Source: Podarcis vaucheri
Lineage: Eukaryota
Reading direction: 5' to 3' (one strand)
Assembly: GCA_965113315.1 (NCBI GenBank)
Contig: OZ220375.1
DNA length: 64,000 bases
In this document: positions 47,338-59,500 of the stretch, in pieces
Numbering within the stretch: the stretch's first letter is position 1
How the letters are laid out: the number at the start of each line of letters is the position of its first letter
The notes under the pieces: generated by a model
Seen by the model: the letters and a program-made list of their open reading frames with translations, nothing else
Database searches by the model: none
Told to the model about the DNA's origin: nothing
Translations under genes and position numbers: made by a program

Positions 47338-50300
47338 CTGAACATACAAACAGCAGGGACATACAAAAGTGGATAGCTGAAGTCAACTGCATGGCACAAA
47401 AAAGTACCCATCCTATCTTGTCTCAATCCATTATTCCCAAGGGCCAAACTAGACACAATGGCTGTGGCTGCATGTGTTTAAATGTGGAACTATCATCCCA
47501 ATAGCATAGAAAGAGGTTGGATCTGAATTTAACAGCAAAAGGGAAGCACAGCCCAGTGTTTCCTGCAGATTCCATTTACACCTCCCAGCAGCTCCTCTGC
47601 CCAGGTATTTTTCATAGATAGGTGGAATCTACACACATATTTAAAAAAACGCTGTGAAAATGCTTTTTTTAAAAAAAAGTTCTGAAAAATATATTGAATG
47701 TGCCATAGCTCATGGTCGCCATCTAGTGTCACATTTGTGTATTGTACTTTACAGCACACTTAAAACGTTTTATTTGCAGCTGTATAGCTGAGTCCATGGT
47801 CATGGTTCCTTCCATTACTCGTGGTAAGTGGAGAAGAAAAGCACATGGAGAGACAAGCTGTGGAGCAGGGGAGGTATGCAATAGGCAAGATGTAGGTTCT
47901 GAACTCCTCACCTGTGTGCTTCAAAAACCTTCCCCAGAAATCTAATATGCTGGACCTCATTACCCATTAATTTTCCCCTTCTGGGCCTCCTGAATATTTT
48001 CCTCACCTAGATATTCCCCAATTAGGTACAGTCCCACTTATGGGGGAACTGGTGAATATAGTTTGGGATGCCCTGCTTGTACCTCCCATATGGTCACGTA
48101 TCCCTACAGATGCTTTCTTTCCCCACATGTTACTCACCACATAGGATCTGTCATGACATTGCGCCCATTGAATGTGTAGATGGGGGACTTTGGGGAATTG
48201 AAACGAGCAGCACTACTGAAGAGGGAATTCCAACTCTTTGCCAGCAGCTGGCCCTGCAACAGAAACAATGCTTTTCAAGCTAGAAAACAGTCAACAGAGG
48301 CTGTAGGCCCCACAAAATTATTCTACAACCCAAGTGCCTCAGCCATAGCAGCGGAAGGCACAAGAATCCTGCCCTTCCCAAAAGCATAGGAGTGCCTGCT
48401 AGGGTCATCACTTATCATGAGAATTAGTTGGGCAGTTGCTAGGCAAGCACCACATGCCTTTTTCATCAGGTACCAGTGCTTTCCTCAGAAAAGATGTCTG
48501 CATCAAATCAAGAATTCAACAGGATGTTGCTACTAGCCTTAAGGTTGACAATAGGCAGGTTCCTGTCAGTTCTCTTTACGATGGAGACTAGGCTTTGAGT
48601 GGATGATGACAGGAAGGCCCGGAAAGTTCCACGCAGCTTCGCCTCCTGTGACTGCCGATAGCACCGCAGGTCAACGCCACCAATCCCATTCATGCTACCA
48701 GTCAGGGGGATGTTGAGGGCCACTAGGCGGAGCTAGAAAAATTGAGGGATTTTAGTTAAACACCTGACACCTAAGGAGGACAACAGGGTGGAGTAGATCA
48801 ACCAGAGGAGTGGTGTCAATTAACCAGTCAGGTTCTTGTTATGGCCTTGCCAGGTTTTGCACCATTATCTTCAAGGGGGCCTCCAGAAAGAAGAGGTTGG
48901 TACAGCAAGGTCTATTAAAAAAGGTAAAGGTAAAGGACCCCTGGATGGTTAAGTCCAGTTAAAGGCAACTATGGGGTTGTGGCGCTCATCTTGCTTTTCA
49001 GGCCGAGGGAGCTGGCGTTTGTCCACAGACAGCTTTCCGGGTCATGTGGCCAGCATGACTAAACTGCTTCTGGCGCAACGGAACACCATGACGGAAACTA
49101 GGAAACCAGAGTGCACAGAAATGCCGTTTACCTTCCCACTGCAGAAGTACCTATATATCTACAGTGGTCCCTTGCTGTTAAATGGCTTGGCCCCCAAACA
49201 AATCAGCTCCCAAATGCTGCAAACCTGGAAGTGAGTGTTCTGGTTTGTGAACTTTTTTTCGGAAGCCAAACGTCTGACACGGCTTCCGATTGAGTGCAGG
49301 AAGCTCCTGCAGCCAATGAGAAGCCGCGCCTTGGTTTTCGAATGGTTTCGGGAGTCAAACAGACTTCCGGAACAGATTAAGTTTGAGAACCAAGGTCCCA
49401 CTGTACTTGCACTTGTATGCCTTCAAACTGCTAGGTTGGCAGGAGCTGGGACAGAGCAATGGGAGCTCACCCTGTAGTGGGTATTTGAACTGTTGACCTG
49501 ATCAGCAAGCCCAAGAGGCTCAGTGGTTTTGACCACAGCGCCACCCGTGTCCCTCCCTCCCCACCCACTGCTGCTAAATTCTTTGCCTGAGACAACACTC
49601 AAAAAGAAGAAGAAAAGGCAAGTTGTTGTGCCAGCAGCTTGACTGCCTTACACTCCTCTCCTGTTGAACTTACTGAAGGGATCCTCTGGGGGATGCTAGG
49701 TGGTACAGTCTCGACAGTTGCTTGGCTCTTGTCGTTTTGGACCTAGGAAGACAGGATACACGGTGAAACAAAACCATTTTTTAATGTGACTCAGCTTAAA
49801 CTCAAATACTGCATGCACACATAAACTGCAGCAAATATTGCCACCCCCAGACACCATCTGCCCCTCCTACTAGCTATGCACGGAGTGCAAGAGAACTAGG
49901 AAGGTGATGAAGGCGCTAGCAGCAGCAGTGCATGCAGCCTGTTCCCAGTAAGAGTTTTCTGCCTGTCCGTAGCTGTGGTGGGGCAGTTGTTGAGAAGAAT
50001 TAAATAGGCCTGCTGAGGCTGGAGTAAGGAGTTGTTGGAGTGTAGACGAGGTGCTTTACAAATAGATGAAATTTATGACTCAAAGGGGTTTATATCACTT
50101 AATTTCATCATTACTTTATCCAGCAGTTAACTATGTTCTTCTGCAAGTGTGCCACCCAAATGGGTGTAATATTTTATGGGCTTTCGGTTTCTTTGCTCTC
50201 CCCACTTTCAGCCCTTTAACTTAAGCCACAGCAAAACCCAGGAGACCTGCTGAACAGGCAATGGCAAAGCATTACAAGCTGGAAGAAGTCCACACCTGAT

Positions 50301-52328
50301 TTCTGTCTGTAGACACTGAAGGGTCATCTCCAACCAGTAAAGACTCTGAATCCTCCAGCTGATCAAGAGACAATAGAAACACAACAGGGATAAGGCTGGA
50401 CCGAAATGTGTAAAAAAACGAGCATTTGTTCTCATGCGCGAAAAGTTTTTTTAAAAATGCCATCAGGGCAAGCATTGCCCAGGTAGCTCAAGCAAGTCAG
50501 CCACAAAAGCATAAGTTAATCTCATCCTGATTTTTAAAAATAAGGAGAGCAACTGAGCAGCCCTCTTGGATCAGGGCAAAGGGTCTAAACAGTCCAGGGA
50601 ATCGTAGAGCAGTCCTACCTCCTGTTGATGCAGTAAACCCACTACAACATCATACAAGTGGCTGTCCATTCTCCTGTTTCATATAGTGGCCAACCAGATG
50701 CTTTTGTATCAGATATTGAGCGAGTCTGAGTGCTGCACATCTACAGAGTCATGCACATCAGTGTCCCAATGTTTTCCTACCAGAAGCCTGCTCCATCCCT
50801 TGGGGGTTCGGAAGAAAGCTTCATTCCCTTCACTGACGTAGACCAAGCTGCCTTCAGGAATGGAGGAGGCCGATTTGAACATCAGCTCTTTTGACTTGAA
50901 GATCCACGTGGAGTGCTGGAAAGTAAAGGAAGAGCAGGTGCCTTTATTAAAAGCACACTTATCCTCAACTGGTGGAAGGCTTTGCAATTCAGCGATCAAG
51001 AGACCTTTCGGTTAAGGCTGACCAGAGTTAAGGCTATCATAGGCTGCCTCTCAAGGTCCACAAAGCCAGGAAATAGGATGCTAAGGCTGATGCTTTGAGA
51101 AACATGCTGCGACAACAGTTGTGCCACATCACAAGCTGGGCTTGCTTAAAAGTTGCCATCCGTGCAAATTTTTCTTTGGTCTCTCAGGCCTCAGTGAAGT
51201 GCCTGGACCTGCAAAGATGCTCCACATTGTTTTGGCCCTGTAATGACTTATGAAACACCTGAGCCTTGCCGTATTGCTACAGGAATTCTTCAGTGAGTAA
51301 ACTGTTTATGCCTGGGTGGAGTGTCTGTGGTGTGCGTGTTTCTGTGTATGTGCTGGGATGTGTCGGGTAGCAATGTGTGTGTGTTTTAGGGTGTGTGTGG
51401 CTGTGGAATGTGCACATCATGTTCTTGGGGGATCTGTGTGGTGCCCACAGTAACTTATCAGGCTTCCAAATGTGACCACAGCCCCACGGCTGGTGTCTCC
51501 TGGTCGGTCCCACAACTAAAACAACAGGCATTACACATCCTATTCGCTAGGTGGCTCCCTCTGCAAACACTGAAGAACGGTCCATGAATATTGCTTCAGT
51601 ATTTATATGGCACACACATCATATTATTTTGCCAACAGTGGCTATTATAGGCCTTAATGGGGCAATAAAACCATAATAACGTTTGAAGTGCTCCTCAGAA
51701 CGTCATGAAACCAATGAAAACATGTCTTCAAGGAGCTTGAATTACTCCATAGCTTCCCACCCAAATTGGAAACAAATATATGACAAGATTGTATAAAAAT
51801 TGGAGTAAAAAGGGTCAATGTGTCAATTTTCAGCACTTTTTAACTTACTGTATTGTTGGCAATTTTCAGTGGATCATTTTGAAATTTGGCACAAGACTAG
51901 ACTTCATCAGGGGGATGATTTATGCCATGCTTTACATTTTTAGTTCAACTATTGTCATTTTGATAAGTTACAGAAGTTTTAGGTTTATACTAGCAAAATG
52001 TATTTGTTTGGTTTTTGCTACTCACCTTAACGAAAGGGGTACTCCCGAGCCGCTTCAGTGATCCTTAGATTATTATTGTAGAATTTAGTGGCTACTAGCC
52101 TAACACTTAGTAGCTGTGTATTGTTTGAACAGAATTTATAACTTTTGTTCCACCTGCAACCCCTGGCTTTCAGATAAGAAGCATGTTGTCTCAGGACAGA
52201 GAAAAACATTTCTCTGATAACCAAGAAATGAGATAGCTGAAGGAGATTTCATTGAGGGTGTGAAGAAATCCAGATTATTTGAAGTGAATTTCTAAATCTC
52301 ATGTGTAGAGGAGCTGGTGGTGGAGGAA

Positions 52329-52383
<55 letters not shown>

Positions 52384-53701
52384 TACCCCACCCATCTGGC
52401 TGGTTTTCCCCAGCCACTCCAGGTGGCTCCCAACAGAAAAAACAGAATAAAACATCAAACATTAAAAACTGAGAAGGCCCTTTGCCTGGTTCCCTCTACT
52501 TGAACTTGTTCAGCTCTTTACCTTGGACTAACTATTGGAGGGAGTATCAGAAAGGAGAAGAATGAAGGTGACATACCTTAAACCCATACTGGTTTTCATT
52601 GGAAGAATCCTTCAAAGACAGCCCATCATCTGCACAGCAGAAAAACGACAGAATGAACAAACCAGCCACCATCCATCCCTTTGTGGCAGGAAGCAAATAT
52701 TCCATCAACTGTACAAGAAAAAGCTCCCCACCCCAAAAGAGGAGAGTCTGTAAATAACATCCTGAAGCGCTGCTTATTAATGGTTCTAAATTAGAATGGC
52801 TGGCAGACAACAATTCTTCCTTACTTACTGACTTGGCAACACACTCACAGTTCAAATTCCAAGACCAGTATACTGCCAGTGGTGGCAAGGAAGACTGTGG
52901 GAAAACACCCAAACAGGGCACATTGCATGCATTTCCACAAGTTTCTCTTCCCTTGTAAAGGTGGTGAAGAAGGGACTGGCTAGGGCTAAACGTCTACTAG
53001 AAGCGTATATGCAAGTCCTGGGCTAATATTGTGTCATTCACAGGCTGCATTCATCAAAGAACCGGTGGAACAACAGATTGCAGAGTCAGAGAAAAACCCT
53101 CTGCAGACTATATCCTTGCGCCCTCCCAAAGTGGCTGCCGATTGGCCGTATGCTGGATAGATATGCAAGCCACATCAAACCGCAGTAGAGCAGATACACA
53201 AGAGAAGTCGCACATTATTAGCCAGAGAGAAAACGACTCGCACCTGAATCCAAAGATGGGTCCTGGCTCAACTGGAAGAAAACAAAAAGAGCACAGAGAT
53301 GAGCACCACATTAGCCAAGTTATAGAGACGAATGGGCTGTGCAGAAAACACCATGCCAGGTTGGGGGTGGGACTCAGTGAAAAATGGAATCAAAAGATTT
53401 TTAAATCGGTCTCCTTGCTGAGCAAGGGACCCTTAACCCACAGGGCTGTGTCTTATGTGTGGGGAGCTTCTACCAAGTTCAGGGGCCAGCAGCATTAATT
53501 TTGTCTGCAGACTAGCACTGCCTGCTTACACATCGTCTGTTGTACCCAACCATTTCTGTAAATTTTGGTTGTGGTTCATCTTATGGTACTTTGTATTTTA
53601 AATTATTGCAAGTTGCTTTGAGACCTTTTTTTATTTTGTAAAGAGCAATTAATTAATGAAATGCATTTGCCAATTATGTAATAAATACCACCACCACCAC
53701 C

Positions 53702-53738
<37 letters not shown>

Positions 53739-56560
53739 ATATTTCAGCCAAGGCTGCTGCTACACCAGAACCAAACATTTCTGTTTGTTCCGCACAGGAA
53801 ATATTCCTTTGGCCTGTCCTCTCATGCAACAGAGGCTTGGATTGCTGAACAATGCTTTTGGTGGTGCCTGGCGCTACTTGTCTTTGCAAGGCGTATTAGA
53901 GAGCAGCGGAAAAGCCGCCATTTGGCCCTGCCAACTCACCGGTTGCTTGCAATGCCTCCTGGGTGGGATAGGGATCACCCTCTGGAAATAGACAGATGGG
54001 AGGTGGGGGAAGGAAAAAATACAGGTTAAAGAGGAAAGGCTTTCAGTATTAGATACAAAATCCCACAAAGCAAGAAAAAGCCCATCCCATGTATGTGATG
54101 TTTAAAAAACAGCTGAAGAGACAGATCCCTAGCTTTCCACAAGTCACTCTTCTAAATACCATGTGGCTGCTCCATCTCCCCTAATATTGAGGTGGGGTTT
54201 TTTTGGGTGGGGGATGAGGATCACTTACATTAAGGTAAATAACTCCCGGTGGTCCAGGAGGGCCTGGGGGCCCAGGCATGCCAGGATTTCCTGCGGGGCC
54301 TGGAGGACCCTAGAAGAAGCAGAGAAGGGAACAGAGACACTGGGTGTTATCTGCATTCTGAAACTGGACTTTGCAAACACCATTACATTTCACACCTTGA
54401 CATCTGAATGGGCTGGCGAATAGCTTGCCTGCTTGCACAGCTGTTTCTCGTGCAAGACTCAGGTGGACTCCAGTGCTCTAAGGAAGTCAGCCTGGGATCT
54501 TTGGTTCCATACAATGCTCATTTAGTCTGGGGTGGTGGGTGGAAACTGGGGTCAAGAGGTCAAATGCAGAGCCCTCTGGGGCTCTCTACCTGCATCCCAT
54601 CACCAAGCCCTTCTCCAGTGCTTTCGCCTGGCTGGACTGTGCCTTGAACTGTGATTACGCCTCCTGCTAGCAGGACCAGCCTACCCATGAGGCAAGATGA
54701 AGCAGTCTCAGGGCAGCAAGCTCTGGACAGCTGGGAGGGGCAGCAGATCTGGCCTCTGATGAGCACACCGTACACTCGCAGCTGCATGCCCATGCGTGCA
54801 TGCGACAGCGGGTGCATGCCAGGCAGGTGTGTGGTGGGTGAACAGTAGCATGCAAGCATGCAGCAGAGGGGACAAGGGCAGCAATTTGTGTTTTGCCTCT
54901 AGTGTCCTGGGCTGGCCCTGCCTGCTAGCCTGGATGGAGGGATGGTTTGTATGCGTGTCTGAAACTTGTGACTTTTGCATGGCTGGAATGTATCCTCCTA
55001 TTCAAAGGTAGGAGTCGCATCCATTGCTCCACCTACTTTTGCCTCTGGCCACCCCCACCATATGGACCCCATAAGGCTGCTACGAGGGAAGCCAGCCCTC
55101 AGACTGAAAAAGGTTCCCTACTCCCAATTTAGGCAAAAGTGCTTCTTTTTATCTGTTCTGTTCTGTTTTTGTTTTTTTTAAGGAAAAGGCCAAGATTGGG
55201 AAGACAGCACATTCTGAAGGCAAGATACAATTTTTTCAAAAAAAACAACCAAAACCAAACCAAGGTTTGTTGGAGAAGATGAAATGGCTGGCTTACACGG
55301 CTGGCAATCGAGCCATATATCTCAAGGTCTCCTTTGCCATTCTGGAGGAGGAGGAGAAGAAAAAGACGCCAACTTAATGTCCTGGTATTGCTCATGGGCA
55401 CATCTTGCCCACCCATGTCATTTTTACTTAATACATAATCCACACACACCCCTGCCTCCTTTCCTATTGACTGCAGAAATTCAGGATGTTTACACCCATG
55501 GCAGGGCACACTTTGGAACACAACCACCGTTAGCAAAGGCTGGGAGAGTCTCCTGACACTGCACTTTTGGCTCTTTTTATAAACTGCTTTGAGGCTTTGT
55601 TACAGTCAACCGGCGTATAAATCTTGTGACATGAAATAGTAAATAAATAAATAGGCCAGGAACGGTGGCAACATTATTTCTTTTTACTAAGCCATGCCTA
55701 AATATTAATATTGGCATCGCTTTGGAACATGCGTGTATCAATAAGATGGAACTCTTGGGGATGAGGAGAAGCAGTGGGACACGTTCAAGAATTGTTGGTT
55801 GATTTTTGGGGGTGTTTTTTCTACAACCTGCGTGCACCCTAAGAGGAGATACTGGGGAAACGCCTCCTCCAATATGGCCCATGACATGGGTAGGCAAACT
55901 AAGGCCCAGGGGCCGGATGTGGCCCAATCGCCTTCTAAATCCGGCCTGCGGATGGTCCGGGAATCAGCATGTTTTTACATGAGTGGAATGTGTGCTTTTA
56001 TTTAAAAGGCATCTCTGGGTTATTTGTGGGGCCTGCCTGGTGTTTTTACATGAGTAGAATGTGTGCTTTTATTTAAAATGCATCTCTGGGTTATTTGTGG
56101 GGTATAGGAATTCGTTCATCTCCCCCCCCCCAATATAGTCTGGCCCCCCACAAGGTCTGAGGGACAGTGGACTGGCCCCCTGCTGATAAAGTTTGCTGAC
56201 CCCTGGCTCATGACAATTCAGGCTTGCACTGAAAGCCCACTAAAATACCTTTCGCCCTACATTGGCTTCCGCTTTTGTTTTTTGTTGCTCCACAGACAAA
56301 GGCTTGTAGCAGACACCAAACACAAGTTTCCCCTTAGCTGATCCTTGGAGGGAACACTGCCCCGTGCACTCAGCGTTAAGACCACCAATCCTAAATGGCA
56401 GGGTGGGGGAAAACATATTTCAGTGTACCTCTTGGTAGGTAAAAGGTGTCCAGGAGTCCGAGTCAGCTTTTGTTGCTTCAGGGCAGTTGCAGCAATCCTG
56501 GGTAAGAAAACACAATGAAGGGCCTTAGAACAAGTTGAAGAAGAAGAAGAAGAAGAAGAA

Positions 56561-56591
<31 letters not shown>

Positions 56592-59500
56592 GGGAATGAA
56601 TCACAGTGCTTTGAAGATGTGGGTCCTCTTTGCACAACTACATACCCGTTCTCCAGGTTCTCCTTTTTCACCCTGCAAGGGGGAAGAAAAGAAACCAAAA
56701 ACGGGAGGTCAAATCACCATGACACACTTATAGGTACAGCCAGGGACACAGCGACAAGCCTATTCATAAGCTTATGATACAACCAGGATCAGGAGCTCTC
56801 AAGTTAGAGAATGACATTCCTGGGGATGGTCCTTCCCCCGCCACACACCCAATTTCGGGAAGAAGACAGGGTGGCTCGCCGACTCAAAGGACACTTCAAT
56901 GAACATGTGAGCAGCACTGCCTGAAGCTGATGGTTCGTGAGGACTCTAAATCACCCCGTATTTAGAGTCTCTAGATTCAAAACAGGCCTTTTTTCACAGC
57001 AGCTTCTCCTGCCCAGCGTACAAACATGCGCTGCTAATTCTGTTCGGGGTGTGATGAGGCTAACCGGGTTATTAACTGCTGCTTTGTCCCCTAGGTTTCA
57101 TTGCAGCTCTTTGCTTCTGAAAAGATTGCAGGGGAATACATGGCTGGAGTAGTAAACGGGCTTTTGCCACAACTCAGCAAAGCAGATCTAAAGTTGCAGG
57201 CAGCTTCCCTGCACCTTAAAGTATGAATTCAGGAAGTCTGTGGCCTTGTAGTCAAACATACACACAAATTCATGCTGATACCCAAAAGTTCTTACAATTG
57301 GCTATTTTGCACTGCTCTTTGCAAGGAGAGAACTCTCCTTCCTTGGAGGTTTTTAAGCAGATGTTGGATGGCCACCTTGCATGTTTGCAAGATTCCTGCA
57401 TTGCAGGGGGTTGGACTAGATGACCCTCAGGGTCCCTTCCAGCTCTACAATTCCAGGATTAATCCACGATTAACTGATTAGACAGGCCCCTGCGAGCATG
57501 AAACTAAGGGCTTAGCTATACATCCTTTTGCACTGCACTCTGCAGGCACAGGTCCGTGCTTCAGAACTACACGTAGGAGCAGGGATTTTTTTTTTGTCCC
57601 GGCACTTTTCCATTTTACAGCTGAATTGGAGCAAACCTTGTTGTGTTTTAAAGCACTGATGCGAACATACGCAAGCGGCAAGGCAGAAGCAGAGGAAGGT
57701 GGAGGGAAAGGGAGAGAGAGCTGGACAGAAATCCAAAGTTTGTAAGTACTAATTTTTTATTTTTAAAGAAAAATGTATGCTTGGAGTCCCTCAACTCTGA
57801 CTCACAGCCACTCTGCTTTTGATACAAGGCAAAACAGAGACCAGAGAAGCAGGGAGAAGATAAGATGGCAAGAATGCTGAAGAGACACACAAAAGGATTT
57901 TTTTTCCCGGGAGGAAGAGACACATATCATGAGAGGATATGAGCAAAAATAAACACAGATACGAACAAGGATGAATAGAATTCGCGATCATGGGTTTTCT
58001 GGGTTTCCCACTTTTCCCATCCTTTCAGCTCATGATGAAAACTTTGAGGTGGGCTCAGTGAGCGAGGGCTCCTACCGCATCCTTCTGAAGAAGGGGCATC
58101 ACCCAAAGAGAAAGGAAGGAGAGGCAGCCCACCACCCATCTCTCCACTCTTCCCCTTGTAACGGGGGGCAGGGGGAGGTGAAAGTGAGGAAGAAAAAGAA
58201 TTTCCAGGGTATCCAAAGTCAGCTCTAGTCCACAACCTAACTACACGCCATTGTCTTTGCGGTGGTTGCCCCCACACAGAGATTTTGGATGCCCTTCCTG
58301 CACCACCTTGTTTCTCCTGCTGGTATAACAGGGATGGGGGGAAAGGGTGGCGCTGTGGTCTAAACCACTGAGCTTCTTGGGCTTGCTGATCGGAAGGTCA
58401 GCGGTTCGAATCCCCGTGACGGGGTCAGCTCCTATTGCTCTGTCCCAGCTCCTGCCAACCCAGCAGTTCGAAAGCATGCCAGTACAAGTAGGGCTGGGGA
58501 ACCTTCAGCCCTGCAGATGTCAGGTTACAACCCCCATCATCCCTCACCATTGACTTTGCTGGCTGGGACTGAAGGGAGCTGGAGCCCAAGAACATCTGGA
58601 AGGGCACTGCTTCCCCCCATCTCTGCCATGTTGCTTGATAGGCTTCATACTCACCTTAGGACCTGGAGGCCCAGGAACTCTTGCACGAGTGTTGCACTAC
58701 AAAGAGAGAAGAGAAGGGCATTGATGCAACCCATAAGGAACACTCCCCAACAACTGCCCATGCACAAGTGACAGATCCTTTGGACCTGTGTTCTTGGCAG
58801 ACTTTGGTGTTTATGTGCCAATTAAGAACAATTTTTGCACATGCCTATTTACCGTATTTTTTGCTCTATAAGACTCACTTTTTCCCTCCTAAAAAGTAAG
58901 GGAAAATGTGTGTGCGTCTTATGGAGTGAATGCAGGCTGCACAGCTATCCCAGAAGTCAGAACAGCAAGAGGGATTGATGCTTTCACTGCGCAGCGATCC
59001 CTCTTGTTGTTCTGGCTTCTGAGATTCAGAATATTTTTTTTCTTGTTTTCCTCCTCCAAAAACTAGGTGCGTCTTGTGGTCTGGTGCGTCTTATAGAGCG
59101 AAAAATACGGTATATTTATAAAACATATGTATAGTTTTCAACGTCTATTCATTTTCCCTTAAGAAGAAAAAAAAGGAATTTCTCCTCTCTTTTTTGTAAC
59201 AACTGGGGGAGTGGAAGGCGGAAATGGAAAGGGCAAGGAAGAATAAAAAGCAGTCCCGCATGGAGGGGCAAGGGCCCAAGGATAAATAGGAAGCAACGGA
59301 AGCCTCGTAACTATCACAATTCCAGGTTCCATTTAGCTTCTAAAATGTAACCAGGATCACCCTATGCTTTGGCAGGCTCGTGTCTGTGGTCATAATGTCT
59401 TGAAAGTTTCGATGAAAGTAAGTTATACACTAGCTTGCCTTTGGGGCCATCTTACCCCACTTCTGTGGAATAAGCAGCCTCATATAACCAGCATGCTTAA

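Noticed and set aside
52249-56777. ORFs with poly-Tyr, poly-Val, poly-Ser or poly-Lys
   Set aside because: These are translations of TAA, CAC/TAC and GAA microsatellites.
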